From NCBI RefSeq assembly GCF_009914755.1, contig NC_060927.1: a stretch of 64,000 nucleotides of DNA; one strand, 5' to 3'. The DNA comes from the human T2T-CHM13v2.0 reference genome, Homo sapiens. The translations under genes were made by a program, and so were the position numbers. The notes under the pieces were generated by a model. That model was given only the letters and a program-made list of their open reading frames with translations. It ran no database searches and was not told the DNA's origin. Below are positions 51,930 through 64,000 of the stretch, piece by piece; positions within the stretch are counted from its first letter, which is position 1; every line of letters starts with the position of its first letter.

Positions 51930-52230
51930 AAATAAAGAAATGGTATAATTCTATTTGTCTTTTTAAAAGATCACTCTAGTTTGCAGAGTAGATTGAAGGT
52001 GAGCCACCATGGAAGCAAGGAGATGGGTTAAAAGGCCATTATATTCAATGACTTTAGTAAGAAATGTTGCTGGCTTCTAATGACAAAATAATCTGATGTT
52101 GCTGAAGAGATGTAAGGGACAAGAACATACTATATGTTGAGATCAGAGAACTGAGATACTCTGGATAGATGAGTTCTGTGTCACGATCTTGAAGTTTTTC
52201 AGTATGAGTATAGAAATTGGTTTGGAGAGA
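51930..52230 (-). mobile_element. L2 fragment
   Basis: ttttaaaagatcactctag...ggaagcaaggagatgggttaaaaggccatt. Confidence 0.55.
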
Positions 52231-53716
52231 GACATGGAAGCAGAAGAGAAATGCTTCAATAAATGAAGTAGGGCAACAGAAAATTGTTGGATGACAAAAT
52301 GAATTAAGTAGCATATTCAAATAGCATGAAACTGACTATAACATAATTACATCTATGTGTTTATTTTTCATATCAAGCTGGATGTATAGTGGTCTTACAG
52401 TAAAGTGGAGAGAGACAGAGACACCTATTCCTGTTGTTACCTTTAAGCACACAGGGTAAGGGAAAATAAGCAACTTCTGCTTGATAAAAATGAGGAAAAT
52501 GTGGAGAACTCTAGCTTTCAGAAGAAAATACAGGAGAACCCTAGGTTTCAGTTAACGACCTGCAGGTGTAGGGGAAGTATAGAAAGATTAAGACTACAGT
52601 GGAGCTTATTGACCTTCGAATAGGTTCTGAAATTCAGAAGTCTTTTGAGAAAAGTGGAGAGTGTAACATTTGATTGGATATAGGAAACAGAATGCCAAAA
52701 GGATGACTACAGTAGGGAATTAGATGTTTTAGAGTATGTGACAAGCAAGAAGAACAGGGATATGGGCAAGGTGATTATAACTCAGCAACGCTTACAGTTT
52801 ATGTACCCTCTGACTTCAAATTCCTCTGAGTTTTACCAAAGCATGGGTGACTTCAAGGAGTCATAGGCCAGGCAGATGGCAGCTGTGCTAGGCAATTGTA
52901 ATTAGCATGCATCTGTAATTCGATAGCAAGCTACAGTGGGCAGAGACAAGAGGCTAGACATATACTCACAAAGGTGTGGGCATTAAGAGTGGGCAGAGGT
53001 ACTGGAGCATTCTATCGCTGGACTTCCTAAGGGGTAGTTCAGGGCCTTAATGCATACTAACTTCTCTCAACAATAACAGAGTCCGCATTTCTGTGAAAAA
53101 GGACCTGAGTGTATCAATTGCATTAAAAGTGAGGGTGTAAGGTAGCTTGAGAACATACCTTAAGACTGCATTTTAGCGCAAGCACATTAATTTTATCAAT
53201 TTTATATTTATTGTTATGGGAAAGTTGGTAAGGCTTCCTAAATCTCTCTTGGTACCCTGACATTGAAAATTAATAAGACCATTCATCTTGTGGCAGCCAC
53301 CAAAATTAAACAAATATAAACATTTGCTCTTTTTCTCTTGCTGTTTTTGGCTTGTTATATCCTTCCCCAAATCCTCAGGTATGTATGGCCTTTTTTCAGA
53401 CTTCCCTCACTTAAACTGGTCTCCCTACTGTCCAACCCCTTACCTGGAGCATCACTCTTTGGGCCTCTCTCCCTGTGTTCATTAGTTCTCCAGCTCTTGA
53501 GAATTGGGACTTTTGTATATATTCAATGCAGAATTCTCAATAATAGAATTTTAGGTCTTGCTAATAAGAAAGATTTTGCCTTATTTTAACTTTGTTTTCC
53601 CAGGGGGGCAAAAAAACAGCATTACCTGCAGAGAGAAGTGTCTGATGGTAGCATAGCACTAATTATAATTCAGTACATTTATTATATTAGAACAGAAACA
53701 TTTCATAGAAAAAAGG

Positions 53717-54045
<329 letters not shown>

Positions 54046-54790
54046 TAATTATTTTTGCAATAGTTGTTTTCTAGGGGTTCCAGAGCTACTATTTAAGCAT
54101 GGGATCATGGATGAATTACACCTACATTAAGATTTCTTAGAGAATCCAGAACAGTAAATTATTTGCTGACAAGTCTATAAGCAAAAAGTTCCAATCAAAT
54201 GTTGCAAAAAGTAAATTTTTATTTTTATGGATGTTTCCATTATTTAACTAGTATGTAAAATAGTCATTCATTTTTAATCATTCCATAGGAGAATTCATAT
54301 GGCTCCCAGGAAACACAGACATAAGAAGTATATTTTCCTTATGAAAATTTTTTTCTGCTAGAGCCCTTCTAAATGACAGTCAAGTATAAATGTGAATTGA
54401 GCAAAAGAGTTATCTAGAGTCCCTTTTAGCATATAATTTAGAAGTCAACTGATCAATTGGTTTCACGTTATATTTCAAACACAATAATGTCACTACTGCA
54501 GAATTATACAGTTCATCAGAAAGACCCTTCAAAAACTTTATACAAATTTGAATAACAGTGTACAATCCTTTGACAGCAACGTCTGGCGGGCTACCTGGTG
54601 GATACAATGCGAATAACTCTGGCTAAAATGGCAACAGTGCAACGTTTGTTTTTTATTCCATTCATTAAGTTCATATATGAAAACTTCAAAGAATAGGTTT
54701 CCAAAGACAATAATGACCTAATCTAAAAGCCAAAAAAGTAAAAGTAAATTAAATAATGGGTTGTTGATAAAAGAATATATTCTAGGCTAC

Positions 54791-55379
54791 TGTATTAGTT
54801 TTCTATCACTGCTATAATAAGCCACCACAAACCAAACAGCTTAAAATGACATAAATTTATTACCTCATAGTTCTGTAGGTCAGAAGTATGGATTGGCTCA
54901 GACAATTTTTCTGCTCCAGTTACAGAGGCCCAAATCAGATTGTCTGCTGGCTGGTTTCTCAACAGGGGACTCTGGGAAGAATCTATAGTTGCTTGCAGCT
55001 GAAGGTCTGAAGTCCTCCTTTGCTTGCTGGCTGCTCCTAGCTGAGGCTTCTCCTAGTAAGGCCTCTCTCCAGCCCTTGCTCATGGGCCACTATTGCCCAG
55101 GGCTGGCAACAACATGGGATCCTTCTCATGATTGTAATATCCCTCCTTCTCTTTCTGCTAAATCTCTCTTTTGCTTCTAGCCAGGGAAAGCTCTCAGCTT
55201 TTAAGGGTTCATGTGATTATATTGTGCCCACCTGAGTCATTCAAGATAATCACCCTATTTTAAGATGTGTAACATTGATTACACTTGCAGACTCCCTTTT
55301 GCCATTTAGTGTAAGATAGTCACAGATTCTAGAATTTGGGGCATGAATATCTTTGGGGATCATTATTTAGCTTACCACA
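54791..55379 (-). mobile_element. MLT1 (MLT1D/E-like) MaLR solo LTR
   Basis: Termini tgtattagttttct...cattatttagcttaccaca, with aaatttattacctcatagttctg and ttttaagggttcatgtgatta. Confidence 0.88.
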
Positions 55380-55469
55380 CCCACTGAAAATAAGAGAAAA
55401 ATGCAAAATTACAAAATAAAAGATCTATGAAAAGAGTGTTACACATGGTACTTTTTTTATAAGAAGTAT

Positions 55470-55930
55470 TCTCTGAAAGAATAGCAAAATAATTTATGAC
55501 ATATCAAACTACAAAATATTATGTGGCCCTTAAAAATATCTTATCTTTAAAGTGTATTTAACCATATCAGATTTACATAATATAATTTAAGCAAAATTAA
55601 AGTATGTATATTTTAGAAAACATATTTCACCTGTATATATATATACATATATTTGCAGATATATTTGTCTTTATATGCATATTCACATATTTATAAAATG
55701 AATATTCACATTTTATATATATTCACATATATATAGAAGTATCTATATATGTGCATAATTTATACAGGACATATATAAATCTTTGGTAGTGTATACCAAA
55801 GATACCAAAATATTAGCATGGCAATCTCTGGGTAATAATATTATGCTTCTTTCTTCACATTTTCTATGAGCATCATCACATTTTCCAAAACATTATAATC
55901 AGAAAATAAAACTCAATATTTAAAAAAGGG
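55470..55930 (+). mobile_element. L1ME-like 3' fragment with (TA)-rich tract at about 55630-55780
   Basis: ataccaaaatattagcatggcaatctctgggta... Very degenerate. Confidence 0.4.
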
Positions 55931-57239
55931 AATAGTATCATACATGCTTTCTCATATAAAATGGAATTTTCTGACAAGAGAATTCAATGAGTCTTACACT
56001 CTTTACTGGTCTCAGTTTATTATGAATGAACTACAAAAGGAAATGTGGTACCCTGAGACAGGAACAGGGCTAGAGGAGGACAATTCATACCTTATTGAGA
56101 GACAAATCACAGAAGGCGATTGAGGGTTCACAGAAGCTTCTCTACTAGGTAAAATATTTTCTGACTTCCATTTGAAGTCTTTTCTAAGTGTAGTATAATA
56201 GGGTAGCAGCCTTTTTTTTGTATCTTGATTTTACATGTCTGAATGTAAAGAATTCTAAGATATGTTGCACATCAGGGTCTTTAGAAGTGTTTCAAGTCCC
56301 CACGTGGTGTTCCAAGACCCTTACACCACCAGATTTTCTGATGCAACATCATTGGCGTTCTCTGTTGATGAGGAATAAAGCAAAGGAAGAGACAATAATT
56401 CCCTCACCCTGGACGTCAAGTAACTCTAGATTATGAGTTAGAAGAAGGAGCTAGAACCCTTTGACTATAAAAGAAAAATTTCCCGTGCTTCTCATGCATT
56501 CCCAATGTCGAAGACATTTCAAAAGGATTTCTATTATCACCTTTTTCTTTGAACAGTAAATCATTACCAATGCAGTTGAGCTCAATTCTAAGCCCTGTTT
56601 CATGCCTTTATATTTTATTAATATCAATGAGTCTACTTTAAGTGGGGAACACTGACATAGGTCATTACAATGGGTTTTTACTGTTATTGCTCCATTTTTC
56701 TGAATTTCACTAAGAAGACAGTCACTACCCTTTGGTCTAAACAGTACTCTTCTTCCCAGAAGGGAAAAGTTCACAAAAAATTGAGTACTTTTAGGTATGA
56801 TAGGTAGGCCACATGCACTAAGACTCAAAGACAGCAGAAAAAAGGATCAGAGAATTTGATAATTCTCTATCTTTCCTTAGCAAACCTGACCCACAGAATT
56901 GTGGTACGACTGTAACTTTACGTGTTTATTTTTACTTGATTTCAATTTTTAAGGGAGGCGAGCATTGCATAGAAGTTAATCCTTCAATAGAATGCATTGC
57001 CACAAACTGAAATGGTTTCTTAGTCACATGCTACAAGTTGAAGACTTCTTATGAGGGTCAAGGTACTAAAGCCCATCATAAGGATCAAGAGAATACTTTG
57101 TACTTTGCTGGCATATGTAGCCAAGATTGATTGAATAGTTTTCTTATTTCTCCACTTCATATTATACATGTCTCTGGTTGTAGCTTAATGGTTCTAAAAC
57201 AAGTCCTAGAAATTGGAATATTTTTATAATCTCTTCTTG

Positions 57240-57390
57240 TGGATTGATGACTCTCATACTTCAGTATGTATAAGGATTACACGGAAAAAATTATTTTAAA
57301 AAATGCCTCCAGGGCTCATTCCTCAGATATTCTGTGTTAATAAGTCTGGGACAGTCTTCTAAATCTGTATCTTGATGCATGTTCAGAAAC
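57240..57390. mobile_element. MER5-like fragment
   Basis: ctctcatacttcagtatgtataaggattac...cagggctcattcctcagatattctg...aagtctgggacag..aaatctgtat. Confidence 0.5.
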
Positions 57391-57914
57391 TATGTAACCG
57401 TATAAGAAAGGAATAAAATAGAGGTCCTTTAAAAACTTGGATGAAAATAAAAACATTATCTGGAATATAAATATGAAGGCAACACCTGATGCACCAGAGA
57501 CTGATAGTGAAACTCTTCAAACTTCTCACTCTTTCTCACTGTCCCGTGTCTCCTTTCAGGGAAAGAATACCCTGACCAGCAAGCAGAAGTGTTTGTTCCC
57601 CTTGACAGTTGTGTGTCTTATTGGCATTCTTGGTTGTAGTCTATCTCTGTGAGGCCACACAATGTGAACCTGTTTCTTAGAGATGGATCTGTTTATAGTG
57701 GGTTGATCAGCTGATATCTGGCCTTGAGTATGCAGAAAATGAGCAGAGCCTAGACCACAATGAATAAATCAAGGTATTGAATATCCACCCTGGGGACTCT
57801 GGGTTGGCAGCAGGCCTGCCCATGGAGTTATCCACTGTATTGCAACTTTGGGGTCACTTTTCTTGATCTTCCACAATTGCTTTTTTTTTCAGATTAATGG
57901 AATTAATGGTCGTT

Positions 57915-58020
57915 TTGTCATCTGAGAGCTTTTGAGGGCAGAGACTAACTATGCTTCATTAATTTCTCTGTCCTCAAAGCCTAGCACAGGGTTCAATAAA
58001 TAGGTGTTGAATAAATGACT
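57915..58020 (+). mobile_element. L2 3' end fragment
   Basis: ttttgagggcagagact...cctagcacagggttcaataaataggtgttgaataaatga. Confidence 0.7.
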
Positions 58021-60469
58021 GGAAGCAGGGAAGACAACTACAGAAAGAGATAAGAGAGAGAGAGAAAAAAAACTAGTGCCTTAGGAAGAAATGACTTCAT
58101 CCTTTACTCCATCCTGATTTACCCCAGACTAAATCCTGCATTTTATTACTCTTCACTTGTTTCTAGTGACATAACCCCCTCAAAACCTTTTTCAAAAATA
58201 GGACAGGACATTTGGTTTATGCCATGAAGAAACCCTTCTATATATTTCATATCTGTTGTTTTAAAATCTCTTTTATTTCCTCTTTAGAAATCCACTGATG
58301 AGGTAGTGTTAAAGAGCTCAGAATAGAACTGCTTTTTGAAGTCTAATATATGTTCTGTTTGAAAGAACTGCTTCTGGTGTCTAAGAATAATTAACAACAC
58401 ACTTTAATTTATGAAAGTCTTTGCCCAGAGGTCCTCATCTGTGGGAGGGATAGAGAGAGAACCAAAGACTGGTAGGCTAATGGAAAACTTTCATGTCCTT
58501 GTGCTTAGCTCTGGTGTAGCATCTGGGAGTGGTATCGAAGAGGTCAGAGGAAACGCTGCTGAGCTCTGTTTTATATATGTGCATTATAAATTGTAACCTC
58601 CATATTTTAGATCTTAGACAACCCTCTCTCCCCTCCAGTGGGTATGATTTAAGAATAACAGTGTGACATGAACATTGAGATGAGAGGATACGTGAATAAA
58701 GAAAAAGGATGGTGTTGAATAATTAAAAGGAGGGGGAGAGGAGAGGAGGAGAAAGAGACTGACTCATGGGGGAGCAAAATGTATTCATCTTTTCTTTGTC
58801 TTTTCCATACACTGTACCTCTCAACCAGGAAAGCAGATGTCTTGATTCTTAAAGAAAATAAAGGTGGCAATTAAATACTGACAAGAAAAATAATAAAAAT
58901 AAGAAGAAAGAAAAGAACAGAGAAGGAAAGACCGCCTCCTCCCTCAACTGTATACAGCGATCCTGACATCTCCTCTCTATTTATCAACATAATAAAAGTT
59001 GGAGAATTCTCTTAAGGGCCTGGGCTGTGGAGATTTTTGAACCACCTGATATATAGGTCTGGTTCCTTTTCACAACCTTCTCACCTGTCCATCTTCCACT
59101 CCCCATCCATCCCTATGTGTCAGCTGCTGGTCTTCGGTGAACCCACAAGCCCCACTGCAGCAGTTCCATTAGGCCACTCCTACACATCTAACTGGCCCCG
59201 TCTCATGACCACAGCCCTGCTATCTGCTGCCAGCTGCCTCTGTCAATCTCCCACTGCCCCTGACTGTCTTTGAATACTGTGCCACCCAACCTTCGATCAC
59301 CCCCACTATTTACTATCCTCATGCCTCCCTACATTGTGAGTGCTGAGGAAAAACGCCAAACCAAAAGATCTGGTCTTGAAGGACATTTTCTGTGATTATT
59401 TCAACTTCCACTTCCCAGTAAGACTTTTATTGTATGTTACCTACAATTATGCTTCAAACAGCTCTTCTCAACCTCCCTTGCCATAAAAAGATGTTCTAGA
59501 GTCTTGGTTAACATTAATTCCATTTCTTCCTACTATGACCAGGCCTTGGTGTGGCCCTAACTGCTCTCTAACTTCATTACCTCGGAACAATCTCCCTCCT
59601 GTCCTCACTAGGGTATTGAGTTCGCCAGTGAGCCCCAGTCTACAGGCATAGACCCGAAATTGAAGCAACATATTTCATTGCTGCCCCATTTCTGTGTGCT
59701 TCCAATGTGCTACCTTCTTCTTGGCAACCTAGTTTTCTCCTGAGTCACACACATGCAAAGTGCATCTGTACCTCAGGTCTTTGAAGTCACAAAGCCTTGA
59801 CTTTAAGCCTTTGCTTTTTCCCACAATAGCTTTACCTTGCTAAGTCATACACCTCTTTGAGCCTTGCATTGCTGATTTGTAAAGTGAAGACCATGATGAC
59901 CTCATAGTCATGTCACTGTCAAATAGTGAGAGCCTTATATTCCTTCTCTAGCACTTCAGTACCGAACACAGAACTAAGCACATTACAGGTTCTCAACAAA
60001 CTAGGGCAGTGGGTAATAGTGCATGGCTCACCAGTGAGAAATGACCTGAACAACAAAAAGAAATAGGATCAAATATAGAAAGAGGGGAGACATTGCTAAG
60101 AAGGTTGAAGCAGCTCTTTATGGATATTTAAAAAAATAAAAGATCTGCAAAGTAAAAGGCTCTCTAGTAATCCTGTTGTGAACGCTCCAAGTAAAAAGGC
60201 TTACATTAAAGTAGCATAAAATGAGTCAAAGGAAAGTTTCTAGTGTTTCGTGAGAAATTCACAGAGAAGTTAGGGAGGCCATGCTGCATCTATTATCTGC
60301 CTTTCAATTTTATTCTTCTTACCTTTTAATGGGGAGTAGGCCCATTTTCTACATTTTCTCTTTAGTTTCAAATGAGGCAAGAACAACACTATGACAAAGG
60401 AGATGCTACCCCTCTGCTTTCTGGTTCCCACAGCTTTTAAGCCTATAATTCTGCCTTTGATCACTGCAT

Positions 60470-60560
60470 AATTATCTTCATTATATTAGATCATCATATT
60501 ATCCTCATTTCATAATGAGGAAACTGAGGTTCAGAAAGATTAAGTGACTCACCTTGTTAA
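60470..60560 (-). mobile_element. MIR core fragment
   Basis: attatcctcatttcataatgaggaaactgaggttcagaaagattaagtgact. Confidence 0.75.
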
Positions 60561-61569
60561 GAAGTCCTCTTAAGACACTAATGTGATTAAATCCCTGTTC
60601 CTACAATAGGCCAATTGTAAAAAGCTCCTGCATCAGGCTTGAATGACAGAGAAGTACAATGCAAAATCACTGTTAAGAAAAAGCATCTAGTTGACAGTCC
60701 TAGACAGTATCTATTTTTGTACCCCAGAAACATAAAGTTCCTTCTGTTGGAGTGGCTGAAATATGTAAATTCAAGACCAATCTTTGGGGTGGTATGTACC
60801 ATACTCTTTTACATTTTTTTCGCATCTAAATTAAATAATTAGCTACACCTCAGCTGTGACAAGTTGAGGGATCTTTAATGTGGAGTTTTCAGAGAGAGGA
60901 GCTGACTAAAATCTAGAAAGACCAAGGCTGGGAACTAAGCTTTTCAGGTTTGACCTTACAGGGATTAACCAGTTGACCAGTGCTCAAGGTTCTAGGTGGT
61001 CTGAAGCTAATCAACAGACTGTGATCTGAGTGGTAAGACATGACAATAGGCTAAGTATATGCAGAAAATGGCAATATTTGGCATCAAAAGTATAGATAAT
61101 CCAATTGTCAGGGAGCATCAGTCACTTTCATGCAGGATCACAGAAGGAAAGGAAAGGCCCAGATCTTGGAAAACAAGAGGTTGGAAAGAACCAGAGAGAT
61201 TAGAGATTATCAGGACCCCAGGGAGAGATCTGATGCTTAGAAGACTTCAATAAAAGAAAGGAAATGGCATTATGAATTACAAAATTGATGTACTTTATTA
61301 GTAATAATATAAATTAGTAAGGACGATGTCAGAGGCACTGTTTTAGGCATTTTGCCTATAAAATTCAAATAAATTCTTCCTTTCAGTCACTATAAAAATA
61401 GTTTATAAGAGGTGGTAGAGTGAAGTTTTAAAAGCCACGAAGTGAATTTTAGTAAAATAAGGATAAAAAATTACCTATGATGAAGGACTTCAAAGAATAT
61501 CTGGCAAATATGAAGCAATGAATGAATGCTAATTCCTAGTTACTAAAAATAATAAGTAAATATTAATAA

Positions 61570-61700
61570 AAAAAGAAACTGAGATGCAAAATTCTTAAGA
61601 AACTTGCCCACGGTTACATTACTACTAATTGGTTTGAGCCAAGATGTGAACCCATCTTTGTCTGATTCCAAATATTGAGTCCTTTAACCCTGGACTACAG
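61570..61700 (-). mobile_element. MIR fragment
   Basis: gaaactgagatgc...aacttgcccacggttacattactactaa...gagccaagatgtgaacccatctt.gtctgattccaaa. Confidence 0.7.
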
Positions 61701-62708
61701 AGCAGAAACCCAGTCATATCTATGAGGCACACATAGGGTCGTAGTGAGCAGTGGTTGCAGCTCGGTGGACATAGAGCCAAAAACATCATCCAGGCATGTA
61801 GTGATTCAGGCTTTGAATATAAAAAAAAAGGTTTCAATCATGTTTCAAGAATGGTGTTCCTATTACCAGTAAGGTTTTGATTAGGCTAGGCTCTGGATCT
61901 GGATATAGCTGACCTGCTGGGTGAAGTTTAGCAGTATTGGTAGCTAAAGGGACATGAACCATTAAAAAATGTCTGAAAGATATATGGGGAAAGGGTAGTG
62001 GTTCCAGATTTTACCTGGCAGATAGTGGGGGTGGGAGATTTGGAAAAGATTAGGGAATAATTTTATACATTTAAAAGCAAACTCTTTAAGCCATATTTTT
62101 GAATTATTTCCAAGTACAGATTATGAACACACTCCTGGCCTATTGTCCAGTCTTCAGTCTTACGTTGACTAGTCGGCACAAAAATGGCCACTAATAATGA
62201 CCACTGTTAGGGCTGCCCACTAACTCCTACTGATTTAATAGTTTAGGACCTTTTATGATCAATGTTTTGTCTCCAAAATTTTGCATCAAATATTGCAAAC
62301 ACTTTGACCTGTGTTTATGGATACCTTTACTACAGCATTGTACCTAATCTGCCAGAGGCTTTTCATTCATTAATTGTGAGAGTTAAGGTGGTATACAGAA
62401 AGAGGTACTTCCAGCACTGTCTCTTAAATGGCCAGAAATATGAGTGTATGTGAAAGCTAGTACATTAAATCAGGCATTAAAACAACCCAAACAAATATTT
62501 AAAATACCCCAAAATGTAAAAAAATTGCTCTTTATGCTTCACTAACCCACTTTATATGGTGTTAGACACAATATCAGCATGTAAGAAAAGAAGACAACAC
62601 ACGCAAACAATTCTGTGATTGTTCTGATACTTACATATTTTTTTCCTTCTGCAAGTGAACCTTGCTCAAACTCTCTTGAGATGGAAGTTTAAAAAGTGAC
62701 ACATTCAT

Positions 62709-62710
<2 letters not shown>

Positions 62711-62742
<32 letters not shown>
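62711..62742. repeat. (AC)16 microsatellite
   Basis: Perfect run seen directly. Confidence 0.97.
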
Positions 62743-62744
<2 letters not shown>

Positions 62745-63249
62745 CTTCCATCCATCACCTCCCATGGAAATTTGAATAATTAAATAAATATTAAAAACGT
62801 GCAAAACTGTATTCTTATATCAAATTAGATAAAAGTTGAATTGTTTCAGATAAAGAGTTTCTCTTTTTTCTTTTTTAAACAATTCTTGACAGACTACCAT
62901 TAAATCAGGTGAGCACTGCAGCAAGTAATGATATTTAAAATTAAAGAAACTTTTCCATTTCACTGATGCCAATTTTAACATTTTACAATAGGTCTTTTTG
63001 GCAGTCTAATTATTATTCCAATCCTATTAACAATTTATGTATAGAATTACCTTCTAATGATTACTAAAATTTTTCATTTGGAATTGTATCACTTCATTAA
63101 TCTTGATTACTTATAATTAATCAAAAAAGTCTTTTTCTCACATTTAGGTTTCAGAAATGTTTATCTATACTTATTTTATGAATACTTGACTAAATCTATG
63201 TTGAAATTTTTTAGAAAATCTGGAAGCTCAATAGGCTTCCTCAGCTGAG

Positions 63250-63495
63250 AGATGATATAGCTTAATGGTTAAAATCTGACTCTGGAGTCAGGCTATTTAG
63301 ATTCAAGACCAGTTCATTCCAGCTGAGATTGATGGAGCAAGTTATGTAGCCTCTGTGTACCTATTTATTTTAATCTATAAAACTGCAATCATAGTAATAA
63401 AACCTAACTCATAGAGTAATTATATAGATTTAATAAAATAATCTGTGTAACACAGAACAGGGCCTGATACATAGTAAATTTTCAATAAAGTTATA
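63250..63495 (+). mobile_element. MIR
   Basis: tagcttaatggttaaaa..tgactctggagtcagg...gcaagttatgtagcctctgtgtacct...atctataaaa...cagggcctgatacatagtaaat. Confidence 0.75.
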
Positions 63496-63529
63496 TTTTA
63501 TATTATTTGTAACATAGAAACAATTAGTA

Positions 63530-63730
63530 AATTGTGGTGTGTCTTGGCCTTTGAAATCAGACAAGTATGAGTTTTAATTCTTGCTCTTTGTTCTTCTAGC
63601 TGCATGGTATTATGCAAGTTATTTAATATTCTTGGATTCAATGTTCTTCTAGATATAGACATGGATATACACATGTAGATATAGATATTAAGACTACTCA
63701 ACTTTGTTAGGAGATTAAATAAAAATACAA
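63530..63730 (+). mobile_element. MIR fragment
   Basis: ggcctttgaaatcagaca...gcaagttatttaatattctt...tgttaggagattaaat. Confidence 0.55.
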
Positions 63731-63887
63731 TTAATATGTTTATCATTGGTTATATAGTGGTTATAATTTATAAAAACTTTTTAAATTTTACATAAAGCTA
63801 AAAAGTATATAAAATGCTATCTGGAATCATTTATAATGTTAGATATTTTTCTTGTAATATAGAGAAAAATGCCTATAAGATGTCCAG

Positions 63888-64000
63888 TATTCATTCATCA
63901 TATTTGAATGGCTACTATATACCAGGCACTGTGCTAACAACTGAAGATAAAGTATTACAAAGCAGAGACCCCATCTTCCAGGGAGCTCTAGGACTACAAA
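63888..64000 (-). mobile_element. L2 3' end, running off the window
   Basis: ttcattcatcatatttgaatggctactatataccaggcactgtgctaac. Confidence 0.75.

Noticed and set aside
54410-54607. 65-aa minus-strand ORF in unique-looking sequence with a few CpGs
   Set aside because: Non-ATG start and no recognisable homology. Cannot be supported without a database search.

Overview
This is AT-rich primate (human-like) non-coding DNA, either intergenic or deep intronic. I find no credible protein-coding gene, rRNA, tRNA or CRISPR array. The recognisable ORFs in the track are decayed LINE-1 ORF2 fragments or Alu/L1 antisense frames. The window is mostly layered interspersed repeats: L1PA/L1PB/L1M LINEs, five Alus, MIR and L2 relics, a MER50 solo LTR, MLT1 LTRs, two ERVL-class proviral remnants, and Tigger3/MER2/MER5/MER20 DNA transposon fossils. 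Subfamily names come from remembered consensus sequences, not a RepeatMasker run. Three structures stand out. (1) At 9276-10653, an L1PA insertion carries a 3' transduction that ends at a THE1 LTR poly(A) signal and is flanked by an unusually long 118-bp target-site duplication. (2) At 45844-46468, there is an inverted repeat of about 203 bp per arm, about 87% identical, with a 219-bp spacer, in sequence I do not recognise as a known repeat. (3) At 43319-45157, a twin-primed (5'-inverted) L1 with a clean TSD splits a MER5 element.
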